From positions 121,019 to 185,018 of the forward strand of contig CAZWUI010000001.1 in the NCBI GenBank assembly GCA_964637515.1: a DNA stretch of 64,000 nucleotides. The letters run 5' to 3'. Positions 1-10,618 of this stretch are shown piece by piece. The first letter of the stretch is position 1. Each line of letters opens with the position of its first letter. A program made the translations under genes and the position numbers. The DNA is from an uncultured Bacteroidaceae bacterium (GTDB lineage: Bacteria > Bacillota > Clostridia > Christensenellales > CAG-917). The notes under the pieces are model-generated. The model saw only the letters and a list, made by a program, of their open reading frames with translations. It was not told where the DNA came from and did not search any database.

Positions 1-201
1 CGCACCGCAAATCACGCAGACCGGTTTCGCCAACACGCCAAGTATGTTGCCGCACTTGGCGCAATAACGACTGCCTGCGCTATTTTTCGTTCCGCAAGAC
101 GGGCATTCGCTTTCGTAGTTGTCCGCTACGTCCGCACCGCACGTGGTGCAGAATGCTTGTCCGGGGACCACTTCGCTTCCGCAAATTTTACAAGTGAACA
201 T
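1..201 (-). CDS. Double zinc-ribbon (DZR) protein, N-terminal part; runs off the window edge
   Basis: Not in the ORF track. ATG at 201 with GAGGA SD; reads MFTCKICGSEVVPGQAFCTTCG...ECPSCGTKNSAGSRYCAKCG...VCVICGA (five CxxC). Confidence 0.85.
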   Translation of the reverse strand, partial: MFTCKICGSEVVPGQAFCTTCGADVADNYESECPSCGTKNSAGSRYCAKCGNILGVLAKPVCVICGA

Positions 202-226
202 AATATCCTCATTTCCGCATAAGCGG

Positions 227-1858
227 TTATTTTGCTTTGTAACTGTCTTTCAGTCCGACGATTGAATTATATTCTTCGCCGTCCACGTTTCTCTTGATGA
301 AGTAGCCTTCTCTCAAGAATTGGAATCTATCTCCCGCCTTGGCGTCTTTCAAGAAACTTTCCGCCTTGCCGTTGAGCACGGTGAGAGAGTTGGGATTGAC
401 TCTGTCCATATAGTCTTCGGGACCATCGATTATCAAATAATCGAACATATTGAGTTTGACGTCGATAGAGTCGTTTGCATTCACCCAATGTATCGTGCCT
501 TTGACTTTGATATTCGCGCCTTCTTCTCCCGACTTCGTGCCTTCGAGATAATCCACGTGCACCGCGACGACGTTTCCGTTATCGTCAAGGTCGCAACTCT
601 TATACTTCACGACGTATGCGCCTTTGAGTCGCACGATTCCGTCGGGTTTGAGCCTGAAGAATTTCGGGGGCGGATTGAGTTCGAAGTCGCTCTCTTCGAT
701 ATAAAGTTCCTTTGAGAAAGTCGCGACGTGGTTGCCTGCGCCTTCTTGTTGGGGGTTGTTTTCGATGAAACAATCTTCCGTCTTTCCGTCGGGATAGTTG
801 TCAACGATGAGTTTCAGGGGCTTCGTGACGACCATTGCTCTCGTTGCGTTTTGGTTGAGATTTTCTCTCACGCAGTGTTCGAGAATGGCAATATCCACTT
901 CGCTATCCGCTTTCGACACGCCTATACGAGAACAGAAATCTCTGACTGCTTCGGGGGGATAACCCCTTTCTCTGATACCGCTCAAGGTGGAAAGACGAGG
1001 ATCGTTCCAACCCCACACGATACCCTCGTCAACAAGGCGTTTGATGAAACGTTTGCTCATGACGGTGTGAGTCAGGTTGAGTCTTGCGAACTCTATCTGG
1101 CGGGGACGAGGCGCGGGGAATCCGCAATTCTCGGTGACCCAGTCGTAAAGAGGTCTGTGGTTTTCAAATTCAAGGGAGCAAAGGGAGTGCGTGATCCCTT
1201 CGACCGCATCTTCGATGGGGTGCGCGAAGTCGTACATAGGATAGATAACCCATTCGCTACCCGTGTGCGGATGCTCTGCGTGGCAAATACGATATATGAC
1301 GGGATCGCGCATATTGATATTGGGGGAAGCCATATCGATCTTCGCACGCAAAACTCTTGCGCCGTCTTCAAATTCGCCCGCTTTCATACGCTCGAACAAA
1401 TCGAGATTTTCTTCCACCGAACGATTGCGATAAGGGCTTTCCTTGCCCGCTTCGGTGAGAGTGCCTCTCGTTTGACGGATTTCTTCCGCGGTCAAGTCGC
1501 ATACGTACGCCTTTCCGTCGCGGATGAGTTTCAACGCACATTCGTACATTTTGCCGAAATAGTCGGATGCGTTCAACACTCTGTCCCACTTGAAACCGAG
1601 CCATGCGATGTCTTCTTTGATAGACTCCATATACTCGACGTCTTCTTTTGCGGGATTTGTGTCGTCGAAGCGCAGATTGCATTCGCCGTTATATTTTTCT
1701 TTCATACCGAAGTTGATGCAAAGAGCCTTTGCGTGTCCGATATGGAGATAGCCGTTGGGTTCAGGAGGGAATCTGGTGATGATTTTGTTCATCTTCCCCG
1801 CCGCCAACTCTTCGTCGATGATGTCTTCGATAAAGTTTCTTGAAGTGATTTCTTCCAT
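227..1858 (-). CDS. glnS: Glutamine--tRNA ligase
   Basis: [26 protein letters not shown] motifs; start ATG 1858 overlaps the upstream TAA. Confidence 0.97.
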   Translation of the reverse strand: MEEITSRNFIEDIIDEELAAGKMNKIITRFPPEPNGYLHIGHAKALCINFGMKEKYNGECNLRFDDTNPAKEDVEYMESIKEDIAWLGFKWDRVLNASDYFGKMYECALKLIRDGKAYVCDLTAEEIRQTRGTLTEAGKESPYRNRSVEENLDLFERMKAGEFEDGARVLRAKIDMASPNINMRDPVIYRICHAEHPHTGSEWVIYPMYDFAHPIEDAVEGITHSLCSLEFENHRPLYDWVTENCGFPAPRPRQIEFARLNLTHTVMSKRFIKRLVDEGIVWGWNDPRLSTLSGIRERGYPPEAVRDFCSRIGVSKADSEVDIAILEHCVRENLNQNATRAMVVTKPLKLIVDNYPDGKTEDCFIENNPQQEGAGNHVATFSKELYIEESDFELNPPPKFFRLKPDGIVRLKGAYVVKYKSCDLDDNGNVVAVHVDYLEGTKSGEEGANIKVKGTIHWVNANDSIDVKLNMFDYLIIDGPEDYMDRVNPNSLTVLNGKAESFLKDAKAGDRFQFLREGYFIKRNVDGEEYNSIVGLKDSYKAK

Positions 1859-2229
1859 TAGCATATTCCTTTACAACTGCCGTGCAGATTGATTTCGTTC
1901 GTCATAACGCTCATACCCTCTCCGTCCTCAACGAAACCATACGGCTTCAACTCGTCGTGCAGTCCTTTTATCGCAAGGCGGACGGGCGCGCCGATTTTGA
2001 GTTTGTAGAAAATTGCGTGGATGAAAAAGGTCTTATCCCCTATTTCCACTCCGTCCTTGAATTTGACAAGGTCGATAACCGCGCAATCGTCGAAGCGTAG
2101 TCTTATCAGTCCGACAACTCGTCCGTCGTCGAGAAACAAAAAATTGCATCCGACGGGGGGAATGTCTAAACCAAGGACTGCATATGCGTCCGTGAGCGTG
2201 TTATCTTGTGCGTACGCGAGCGTTAACAT
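1858..2229 (-). CDS. Hypothetical protein (possibly degenerate GNAT-like), translationally coupled to glnS
   Basis: 123-aa ORF, TAATG overlap with glnS, own promoter. Confidence 0.7.
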   Translation of the reverse strand: MLTLAYAQDNTLTDAYAVLGLDIPPVGCNFLFLDDGRVVGLIRLRFDDCAVIDLVKFKDGVEIGDKTFFIHAIFYKLKIGAPVRLAIKGLHDELKPYGFVEDGEGMSVMTNEINLHGSCKGIC

Positions 2230-2238
2230 AGTATTATG

Positions 2239-2267
2239 ATTTTAATGCTTTTATCTATCTTTGTCAA
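2239..2267 (-). promoter_or_regulatory. Sigma-A promoter, leaderless-type
   Basis: TTGACA-17-TAAAAT, 9 nt before ATG 2229, no SD. Confidence 0.75.
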
Positions 2268-2335
2268 CGGCAAAAATCATAATAGTGGAATTGGGTGCCG
2301 CAAAATCATAAAAAATCCATTGTGTACAAATTGTT

Positions 2336-2364
2336 TTGCATTTATCCCGAAGTCGTGTTATAAT
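2336..2364 (+). promoter_or_regulatory. Sigma-A promoter (extended -10), leaderless-type
   Basis: TTGCAT-17-TATAAT with TG extension, 9 nt before ATG 2374, no SD. Confidence 0.75.
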
Positions 2365-2373
2365 CACCGCGTT

Positions 2374-4116
2374 ATGTCGTATATAAGCCTCAAAGGGGTA
2401 AGTTATTCTTATCCGTTAGGGGAGGGCCACAGTCTAAAAGCCCTCAAAAACCTGTCTTTCTCCGTTGAAAAAGGCAGCTTTATCGCGTTGGTCGGAAAAA
2501 ACGGCAGCGGTAAAAGCACTCTTGCCAAACTTCTCAACGGTTTATTTTTGCCCTCGTCGGGGGAAGTCGTCGTGGACGGTATGTCCACAGCGGACGAAAA
2601 ATTCACCTTTGAAATAAGAAAAAAAGTGGGTATGGTCTTCCAAAACCCCGACAATCAGACGGTCGCAACTATGGTCGAAGACGACGTCGCTTTCGGTCCC
2701 GAAAATATCGGCGTGCCCCGCGATGAAATCATCGAAAGAGTGTCTTCCGCTCTTGACGCCGTGGGTATGTCGGAATACCGCAACCGCCCCGTCAGCAAAC
2801 TTTCGGGCGGTCAAAAACAAAGAGTCGCAATAGCGGGCGTGCTTGCAATGCGTCCCGAAGTGGTCGTTTTCGACGAAAGCACCGCTATGCTCGACCCCGT
2901 CGGCCGCAAAGAGATTATGGCTATCGCAAAATCCCTGCACGACAAGGGTATCACCGTCATAAATATCACGCACAATATGGACGAAGCGTCCCTTGCGGAT
3001 AGAATCATCGTGATGAGCAAAGGGCAAATCGTTTTGGACGGCACCCCCAAAGAAGTTTTCGGCAAAGGGAATTTGTCCGCATACGGACTTTCTCTCCCCG
3101 CGCCTACCGAAACTGCGTTGACTGCAAAAAATTTCGGCTATTCTTTCGACGACGTCGTTGTGTCAATCGACGAATTGACGGACGGAATCCTTGAAAACGT
3201 AGGTCAACAACAAGTGGATTTTGATTTGCATTTCTCCACCGCTAAACAGAGTGTAAAAGCGGTCGAAATCGAAAATCTCTCTTTCGTCTACTCCAAGAAA
3301 ACCCCGTCCGAAAAAGTCGCTATCGACAACGTCAATCTCACGATAAACGAAGGTGAGTTTGTCGCTCTCATCGGGAAAACGGGGAGCGGTAAGTCCACCT
3401 TTATCCAACACCTTAACGGTCTCATAAAATGTCAAAGCGGTGAAGTCAAAATCTACGGCAAGTCCGCAAAAGAAAAGAAAAATCTCAAGAATTTGCGCTA
3501 CACCGTGGGTATGGTTTTCCAATATCCCGAATATCAACTCTTTGAAGATACCGTCGCAAAGGACGTCGCTTTCGGCCCGAAAAATATGAAACTCTCATCC
3601 GACGAAGTGAATGAAAGAGTCCGCAAAGCTATGGACCTTGTGGGTTTGCCCTACGACAAGTTTGCCGAGCGCAGTCCCTTTGAGTTGAGCGGCGGCGAAA
3701 AACGCAGAGCGGCAATCGCGGGCGTCATCGCTATGGATCCGAAAATTCTCATTCTCGACGAGCCGTTTGCAGGACTCGACCCTGCGGGCATCAAGGACGT
3801 GACTTCTCTCATCGTCAACCTGCAACGCACCGTATGCCCGACTATCATCATGGTGTCGCACAGCATGGATGCGGTGGCGGAAATCGCGGATAGAATCATC
3901 GCACTCCAAGACGGAAAACTCGTCGCGGACGGCACGCCCGGCGAAATCTTCAAAGATAGAAAACTCATCGAAGATATAGGACTCGACCTGCCCTTCCCCG
4001 CAACGACGAGAGATAATCTCGAATCGAAGGGAGTCGTGCTTCCTAACGGTATCATCAAACGCGACCACTTGTCCACTGCGCTCAAACTTTTGAAAGGGGG
4101 ACGAGCGGATGTTTAG
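2374..4116 (+). CDS. ecfA: ECF transporter ATPase, fused EcfA1-EcfA2
   Basis: Two ABC domains (GKNGSGKST/LSGGQKQR/DESTAMLDP and GKTGSGKST/LSGGEKRR/DEPFAGLDP) with VFQNPDNQ and VFQYPEYQ; followed by ecfT-truA. Confidence 0.93.
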   Translation: MSYISLKGVSYSYPLGEGHSLKALKNLSFSVEKGSFIALVGKNGSGKSTLAKLLNGLFLPSSGEVVVDGMSTADEKFTFEIRKKVGMVFQNPDNQTVATMVEDDVAFGPENIGVPRDEIIERVSSALDAVGMSEYRNRPVSKLSGGQKQRVAIAGVLAMRPEVVVFDESTAMLDPVGRKEIMAIAKSLHDKGITVINITHNMDEASLADRIIVMSKGQIVLDGTPKEVFGKGNLSAYGLSLPAPTETALTAKNFGYSFDDVVVSIDELTDGILENVGQQQVDFDLHFSTAKQSVKAVEIENLSFVYSKKTPSEKVAIDNVNLTINEGEFVALIGKTGSGKSTFIQHLNGLIKCQSGEVKIYGKSAKEKKNLKNLRYTVGMVFQYPEYQLFEDTVAKDVAFGPKNMKLSSDEVNERVRKAMDLVGLPYDKFAERSPFELSGGEKRRAAIAGVIAMDPKILILDEPFAGLDPAGIKDVTSLIVNLQRTVCPTIIMVSHSMDAVAEIADRIIALQDGKLVADGTPGEIFKDRKLIEDIGLDLPFPATTRDNLESKGVVLPNGIIKRDHLSTALKLLKGGRADV

Positions 4117-4957
4117 AGATATATCTTTCGGACAATACTACCCTGCGGATTCCCCCGTACATCGCTTGGATGCAAGAGTGAAACTTCTTCTCACTCTGCT
4201 CTTTGTCGTAGCGATATTTTTCGTCAATTCGTACTTCGGATTTTTGCTCACTGCGGTGGTGCTTGTGCTGATCGTATTGATTGCAAAACTCCCCATGATG
4301 TCCGTCTTGAAATCGGTGAGAGGAATACTCTTCATCGTGCTCTTCACTGCCGTGATAAATCTCTTTTTCGGCAGTCGCGACGGCAGTGAAATTCTGTGGT
4401 CTGCGTGGGTGCTAAAAATCACCAAATCGGGCGTTCATACCACCATAAAGATGATTTTAAGGCTCGTTTTGTTGATTTCGGGCGCATCTTTGCTTTCTCT
4501 CACAACCACCCCGGTTGCGCTTGCGGACGGACTCGAAGGCTTGCTTTCTCCCTTGAAAAAAATCAAGGTCCCCGTCCACGATATTGCGATGATTATGTCC
4601 ATTGCACTCCGCTTCATCCCCACCCTTTTTGAAGAAACCAACAAGATAATTTCCGCTCAAAAAGCAAGGGGCGCAAGTTTCGATACGGGCGGGATTTTTG
4701 CTCGTGCAAAAGCACTCGTCCCCGTCCTTATTCCCCTATTCGTCAACTCGTTCAAACGTGCGGACGAACTTGCATTCGCAATGGACGCAAGGTGCTACAA
4801 CGCCACACCCAACCGCACGAAAATGAAAGTATCGAAAGTGGGAGTCGGCGACTTTGTTGCAGGGCTTATCATCGTCTTGTATTTCGTCGTCGTTCTTCTC
4901 GACCGCTATTACTGGTGCGGTTATATCGATACGCTAGTTTTAGGAGGACTGCTATGA
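4109..4957 (+). CDS. ecfT: ECF transporter transmembrane component T
   Basis: GQYYPADSPVHRLDAR, ALRFIP, two ARx motifs (ARG, ARC). Confidence 0.95.
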   Translation: MFRDISFGQYYPADSPVHRLDARVKLLLTLLFVVAIFFVNSYFGFLLTAVVLVLIVLIAKLPMMSVLKSVRGILFIVLFTAVINLFFGSRDGSEILWSAWVLKITKSGVHTTIKMILRLVLLISGASLLSLTTTPVALADGLEGLLSPLKKIKVPVHDIAMIMSIALRFIPTLFEETNKIISAQKARGASFDTGGIFARAKALVPVLIPLFVNSFKRADELAFAMDARCYNATPNRTKMKVSKVGVGDFVAGLIIVLYFVVVLLDRYYWCGYIDTLVLGGLL

Positions 4958-5721
4958 GATACTCCGCGATAATTTCCTACGACGGCAAAAACTACGTAGG
5001 TTGGCAAAGACAACTCAACGGTTTGAGTGTACAAGAAGTGCTTGAAAACGCTCTCTCAAAAATTTTCAATTCAAAAACCGCCTGCACTGCAAGCGGTCGC
5101 ACGGATGCCGGGGTGCACGCTTTCGGACAAGTCGTCCACTTCGATGCGGAAACGTCTATCCCGACCGATAAAATTCCGTATGCGGTCAACACCGCCCTGC
5201 CCGACGACGTGTCTATGCTCTACTGCGAAGAAACGACGGACGATTTCAACGCGCGCTTTTCGGCAAAGAGAAAAACCTACGTCTACAAAATCTACTCCTC
5301 CCCCCACCGTATACCCGTATTGAACGCAACGCACGCACATATCACGAGTCCGCTCGACGTCAACGAGATGAAAAAAACCGCCGCCGTCCTTGAAGGCGAG
5401 CACGATTTCAAGTGCTTCGAAGCAAGCGGGTCGGTCGTGAAATCCACCGTCCGCACTCTCTATTCAGTCGTCGTCGATGAAAAGGAAATTCCCTTCCCCG
5501 AAAAACTTGCGTTTCAACCCAAAGAAATCACAATCACCGTTTGCGGAAACGGATTTTTGTATAATATGGTGCGCATAATTGCGGGCACTCTCGTCTACGT
5601 AGGCATGGGGAAACTCACCGTTGACGACGTGAAAGACGCTCTAAATAACAAGGACCGCACGAAAATGGGAAAAACACTTCCGCCCGAAGGGCTTATGCTC
5701 CAACAAGTCTACTACGAATAA
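4954..5721 (+). CDS. truA: tRNA pseudouridine(38-40) synthase
   Basis: YDG..GWQ, SGRTDAGVHA, GFLYNMVR; ATGA overlap with ecfT. Confidence 0.95.
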   Translation: MRYSAIISYDGKNYVGWQRQLNGLSVQEVLENALSKIFNSKTACTASGRTDAGVHAFGQVVHFDAETSIPTDKIPYAVNTALPDDVSMLYCEETTDDFNARFSAKRKTYVYKIYSSPHRIPVLNATHAHITSPLDVNEMKKTAAVLEGEHDFKCFEASGSVVKSTVRTLYSVVVDEKEIPFPEKLAFQPKEITITVCGNGFLYNMVRIIAGTLVYVGMGKLTVDDVKDALNNKDRTKMGKTLPPEGLMLQQVYYE

Positions 5722-5757
5722 ACGTTGATAATTCTCCGACAAAATCCCGTTGAAAAC

Positions 5758-5782
5758 AAAAGCACGCAAATTGCGTGCTTTT
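5758..5782. terminator. Bidirectional intrinsic terminator
   Basis: AAAAGCACGCAA-A-TTGCGTGCTTTT between convergent genes. Confidence 0.8.
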
Positions 5783-5890
5783 CATTATCTATCTTTCAAA
5801 TAGTTTTGCTTTTTGTTTTCATAACCGATCGTCTAATTCTTTCAAGTCGTATCACATTACGCTATCATAGCAGATTGTGTTTCGGTTTAA

Positions 5891-8308
5891 TCACTGAATT
5901 CTCTTTCTCGTGCTTTCGTTTGCAAGGATGAAATTCAAAACGTTGCATGCGCTTCTTTGCAGTTCCGCGCGAGTCAAAACTCCGTCTTTCAACCCTTTCA
6001 GTGCGGTGCCGTCGTATTTTCCCCTTATCCTATCTCCGCCGGGCATGACCACGTCCACTTGTGCGCGCACGCGGTAACCGTGGTGTTTGAGATTATTCCA
6101 ATCGGGCGACTTCTCCGCGACCGTCCACCAGTCTGTCACGAGCATGCCTTTATATCCCCATTCTTTGCGTAGGATAGTCGTTGCAAGGTCGTAGTTGTAG
6201 TAGGAGAAAACGCCGTTGATTTTGTTGTACGACGTCATCATACAAAGGGGTTTCCCTTCTTTCACGCAGATTTCAAAACCGCGCAGGTATATTTCTCTCA
6301 ACGCACGTTGGGACACTCTCGAATCGTTATGGTTGCGGTTTGTTTCCTGATTGTTGCAAGCGAAGTGTTTGGGGCAAGCGGACACACCCGCCGACTGCAC
6401 GCCTTGCACGACTGCCGATGCGATTTTCCCCGCCACGACCGGATCCTCGGAGAAGTATTCAAAGTTGCGCCCGCAAAGGGGGTCCCTGTGGATATTCATT
6501 CCGGGAGCGAGCAATACGTCCGAGCCTTTTGTGATCATTTCCTTGCCGACTTCGGCATAGGTTTCCCTGATCAATTCTTCGTTCATTGACGATGCAATGG
6601 CAGTCCCGCAAGGGAGCAACGACGCATAGTGCGCAAGTCTTATTCCCGACGGTCCGTCCGTCGTGATGACGGCGGGTATTCCGCGGTCTTGCAGACTTTG
6701 TTCGGTCCCGCCGAATGCACCTGCGTTGCCCTCTGTACCGAGCGGACTGTTCATTCTGAAATGCCCGCGAACAAGCACTTCGAGTTCTTCGTCGGTGAGT
6801 GTCGAAACAAACTCTTCAACCGACAAATTCCCTGCTTTAACATCGTCAAACGTGCAGATTAAGTCCTTATTCTGCGGAGTTTCGTTTGGGAGTCGTTCCA
6901 AAATTCTATCCTTGACGGACACGCTTTCGGTCGCGACTTGATGATATTTTTTCGACACCGAGCCGTTCTTCGACACGTGGGGGTGAGCCACGTCGAACGA
7001 CACTTTCGGAGCGCATGCTTCTTCGCATTCGCTGACGACTTTGCCCTCTATTTCTATCTTCTTGATTTCTTCCGCAGAAATATAATCACCGCCCACGTAG
7101 AAGGTGTATTCTCCCCCTTCCAAGACGAAACAATTCTTGTTGCCCGTCCGTCCGCTATCATCATACGACGCTATATCTTTTTCACGGAATTTGATTGTGA
7201 CGGTTTCGCTTTCACCGCTCTTGATGATACCCGTCTTTTTGAACGCAACGAGATTTCTGAACGGCTTGCCCAGTTTTCCCTGCGGCGGATTGACGTAGAG
7301 CATAACCACTTCTTTGCCGTCTTTGTCCCCAACGTTTTTGACGGTTGTCGTAAGGGTAAATTCGCCGTTTTCCTGGTCGAGTTCGGACGACTTTTCAAAG
7401 GTCGTGTAGGACAGTCCGTAACCAAACGGGAAGACCACGGAGTCGTTCCCGAAAGTCGAAAAATAACGGTAACCTACGTATATATCTTCTACATAGTTGT
7501 TTGCCTTTCTTCTGCCGAAGTTGCTTGCTGACGGATAGTCGATATAGCGCATTGCGACGGTGTCCGTGAGCTTTCCCGACGGATTGACCTTTCCCGTCAA
7601 CACGTCCGCGACTGCGTTTCCGCTTTCCATACCGCCCTGCCACGCATAGACGACTGCGGAGAGTCTGTCGCCGTATTCTTTCACCCACGACATATCCATC
7701 ACGTTACCCGCATCGACAATCACGACAACTTTTTTGAATCTTGCGGTGACGAGATTGAGCATAATTTTTTCGTCGTCGGTGATGAGATAACCGCCTTTGA
7801 CGAGTTTTTGTTCTCTATCTTCGCCCGCCGCCCTGCCGATTACAACGATTGCGACGGTGGATTTTTCCGCCTGTTTTTCAACGAAAGAGTCGGTCAAAGG
7901 CATTTCATCGTAGCAGAGTGGCCAATGTCCCCAAAATCCTTCGTCCGTCGGGTTTTTCTCACACCAATCCTCATAAACCGCGGCAAGTTTTTCGTTGAGA
8001 GTCACGTTTGCACCGCGGAGTCCATCCATAAGATTGACTTTATAAGGCGCTTTGACGTCACCGCCCGAGCCGTAACCCACGTAGAAATAGTCGTTTTGCA
8101 CTCTGCCGAATACGGAAACCACGTCGTCTTTTTCAAGGGGTAAAACTCCGTCGTTTTTGAGAAGTACAATACCTTCCCCCGCGAGTGCGCGCGCCTTTTC
8201 CGCAAGGATAGGGGACGAGCCTTTCTCGCCGAGAATTTCACCGCCCGTCTTTTGTGCGAGCGCAACGAAAAAATTTACGATTTTGGAAAGGGTGATTTTC
8301 TTTTTCAT
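5891..8308 (-). CDS. GH3 beta-glucosidase, permuted domain order (GH3_C - FnIII - GH3_N)
   Basis: N-terminal IVLLKND/GSGG; C-terminal TDGPSGIR, GRNFEYFSEDP, KHFACN, MTSYN, VTDW. Confidence 0.92.
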   Translation of the reverse strand: MKKKITLSKIVNFFVALAQKTGGEILGEKGSSPILAEKARALAGEGIVLLKNDGVLPLEKDDVVSVFGRVQNDYFYVGYGSGGDVKAPYKVNLMDGLRGANVTLNEKLAAVYEDWCEKNPTDEGFWGHWPLCYDEMPLTDSFVEKQAEKSTVAIVVIGRAAGEDREQKLVKGGYLITDDEKIMLNLVTARFKKVVVIVDAGNVMDMSWVKEYGDRLSAVVYAWQGGMESGNAVADVLTGKVNPSGKLTDTVAMRYIDYPSASNFGRRKANNYVEDIYVGYRYFSTFGNDSVVFPFGYGLSYTTFEKSSELDQENGEFTLTTTVKNVGDKDGKEVVMLYVNPPQGKLGKPFRNLVAFKKTGIIKSGESETVTIKFREKDIASYDDSGRTGNKNCFVLEGGEYTFYVGGDYISAEEIKKIEIEGKVVSECEEACAPKVSFDVAHPHVSKNGSVSKKYHQVATESVSVKDRILERLPNETPQNKDLICTFDDVKAGNLSVEEFVSTLTDEELEVLVRGHFRMNSPLGTEGNAGAFGGTEQSLQDRGIPAVITTDGPSGIRLAHYASLLPCGTAIASSMNEELIRETYAEVGKEMITKGSDVLLAPGMNIHRDPLCGRNFEYFSEDPVVAGKIASAVVQGVQSAGVSACPKHFACNNQETNRNHNDSRVSQRALREIYLRGFEICVKEGKPLCMMTSYNKINGVFSYYNYDLATTILRKEWGYKGMLVTDWWTVAEKSPDWNNLKHHGYRVRAQVDVVMPGGDRIRGKYDGTALKGLKDGVLTRAELQRSACNVLNFILANESTRKRIQ

Positions 8309-8312
8309 AATC

Positions 8313-9245
8313 CTATCGTTTTTGTTTTTCTTGTTTTCTCTTGTCGTTGATGATTTGCATTTCCTTTGCGGTGATGAGAGTGCAGTTGTTTTCTTTTGCC
8401 CAATCCACGCAACCCTGCAAAACAACTTTCAAGAACACTCTCGGCACTTTGACGAGAGTTTGACAAGCGTCGTCGCTGAATTTGACTTTGTCGTCAATGC
8501 GGTTTGCTGCGTATTTGACACTGTTTATATCCGCTTCTTTGCCTGCGGGAATCTTCTCTGCGATAGGTCTGCGGAAGCGCGTATACCAGAAATTCGTACT
8601 GTCACGATAACCGTAGTCCACGGGGACTTTCGGGAATCCACCAGCCGATACGCCGTTTATTATCGTGTTGTAGAATTTCTCTTTCATGAGAATCTTGTCC
8701 ACTTTCAAAATGAAGTGGCAACCGAATTTGGAAGTTATGCCGTTGAAGTTTCTATACGGCGGTTCGACTCCGTCGAGAATGCCTGCGCGCGCCTTGTCTT
8801 CGTAGGCGTTTTCAAGGGAGTCATCCCACGTGCATTCAAACACTTGATACGCATTGCCGATGACGAGCGGTCTATCCCCGTCCGCCGTATCTGCGATACC
8901 TTTTTCAAATTCAAACTTGCAATTTTTCATCTTCTCCGCGGGGGTTTCTCCGGGAAAACCTAAACGTACCGTTTCTTTGAAATCCGCGCGACTGTCTTCA
9001 AGGAAGTTGAGTGCGCATTTGCCCGTGCGAAGAATATTCTGTGCAGTGTTGGACGAGTTGCGACACTCCAAAATCATCGCATAATAGTCCTTGCCCGCAA
9101 TGTAGTACGGGAAACAAAGAGAGTATGCGCCGACCGTCGTCGAGCCGTCCTCGGCAAGAGTGGAAATAAGAATTGTGGGCATCGGGAAAAATGCCGAAGT
9201 CTGATAGAAATTGTCAACGATACGTAAATCTTTGAAACTGCTCAT
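8313..9245 (-). CDS. Flavin reductase-like (FMN split barrel) protein with C-terminal PCP_red-like domain
   Basis: PMPTILIST, NTAQNILRTGKCALN; C-terminal FSDDACQTLVKVPRVFL...WAKENN..IT. Confidence 0.7.
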   Translation of the reverse strand: MSSFKDLRIVDNFYQTSAFFPMPTILISTLAEDGSTTVGAYSLCFPYYIAGKDYYAMILECRNSSNTAQNILRTGKCALNFLEDSRADFKETVRLGFPGETPAEKMKNCKFEFEKGIADTADGDRPLVIGNAYQVFECTWDDSLENAYEDKARAGILDGVEPPYRNFNGITSKFGCHFILKVDKILMKEKFYNTIINGVSAGGFPKVPVDYGYRDSTNFWYTRFRRPIAEKIPAGKEADINSVKYAANRIDDKVKFSDDACQTLVKVPRVFLKVVLQGCVDWAKENNCTLITAKEMQIINDKRKQEKQKR

Positions 9246-9408
9246 AATAACCTCCTAAAACTATCTTATACTATTTTCTTAATCTTTTCAAGATTATTAT
9301 TCGTGAAATTCAAAATAATCGCAAAAACCGCACTGTTGACTTTATCGAGGCAAAAGCGTATACTAAACTTATCATTCGGCGGTATATCGCCAAAATCGAG
9401 AGTAGCGT

Positions 9409-10515
9409 ATGAAAACAGCATTTTATCAAGGTGTTTCCCTTCTTCTCGGCGGACGTGCAAGTGCGGAATTGTACGACGTCGCAGTCGCGGACGGAATCAT
9501 CACCGACGTCAAACTATCAAGCGAAAAAGTCGCAAGCGGTTATCTTGCCCCCGGTTTTGTCGACCTGCACACTCACGGCAATAGCGGTCACGACTTCTCG
9601 TCCTGCTCGAAAGCGGACTTCGACGAGATGACCGATTGGTATCGCGCGCACGGCGTAACCCACTTTTCCCCTACCTTCGTCGCGACTCCCTTGCCTACGC
9701 TCTGCGCTCAACTCTCCGCGCTCTACTCCTACACCGAAGACGACGCTACCGTGCTCCCCGCGCATCTCGAAGGGCCGTATATCTCGAAGCGTTTCAAGGG
9801 CGCGCAACCCGAAAGAAATATCTACGACGAATACAAGGCGGATGATGAAAAATTCTTCACCGAAAATGCGGACAAAATCGGCATAGTCACCCTTTGCCCC
9901 GCCGTCAAAGGTACGGATAAACTCACCGCTCTTTGCACTTCTCTCGGCATCAAAGCGCAGGTCGGACACTCGAATGCAAACTACGACCAAATCATCCCGC
10001 TCGTCGAAGAAGGACTCGACGGTGTTACTCATATCTACTGTGGTTGCTCGGGCGCAGAAAGAAACGCCGATTTCGTCAGAACTCCCGGTGTCGTCGAAAC
10101 CGCACTGTCAACCGACCTTTTCGTCGAAGTCATTGCGGACGGAATTCATCTCTCTGTCGACCTCATCAAATTCGTCCTCAAATGCAAAGGCTACCACCGA
10201 GTAATGCTCGTGTCCGACAGTCTGTCCTGCGCGGGCATGAAAGAAGGAGTCTACAAACTCGGCGACGACGACGTCTACACAAACGGCAAAGCATGCTATC
10301 GCGCGGATAAAAGCGGTCTTGCAGGGAGCGTAATCTCTCTTGCCGACAGCGTGAAACTTCTCGTCGAAAACGGAATACCCCTACCCGAAGCCACCTATAT
10401 GGCAAGCGAAACCCCGAGAAAATATATCGGTTTATCCCTGCCATCCCTGAAAATCGGAGAATCCGCCGACTTCGTGCTACTCTCCGCCGACGGCACCCTG
10501 CTCGCCACCCTATAA
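9409..10515 (+). CDS. nagA: N-acetylglucosamine-6-phosphate deacetylase family amidohydrolase
   Basis: PGFVDLHTHG, HLEGPYIS, GHS, IADGIH, LAGS; upstream TTGACT-17-TATACT. Confidence 0.8.
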   Translation: MKTAFYQGVSLLLGGRASAELYDVAVADGIITDVKLSSEKVASGYLAPGFVDLHTHGNSGHDFSSCSKADFDEMTDWYRAHGVTHFSPTFVATPLPTLCAQLSALYSYTEDDATVLPAHLEGPYISKRFKGAQPERNIYDEYKADDEKFFTENADKIGIVTLCPAVKGTDKLTALCTSLGIKAQVGHSNANYDQIIPLVEEGLDGVTHIYCGCSGAERNADFVRTPGVVETALSTDLFVEVIADGIHLSVDLIKFVLKCKGYHRVMLVSDSLSCAGMKEGVYKLGDDDVYTNGKACYRADKSGLAGSVISLADSVKLLVENGIPLPEATYMASETPRKYIGLSLPSLKIGESADFVLLSADGTLLATL

Positions 10516-10618
10516 CCCCAAGAACCGGCAACCGCACCAACAATACAAGAATCAACTAAAACAATCAATACCAACGTCAAAACCAACCGGCAACATAAAA
10601 AACAACTCAAATCAACCC

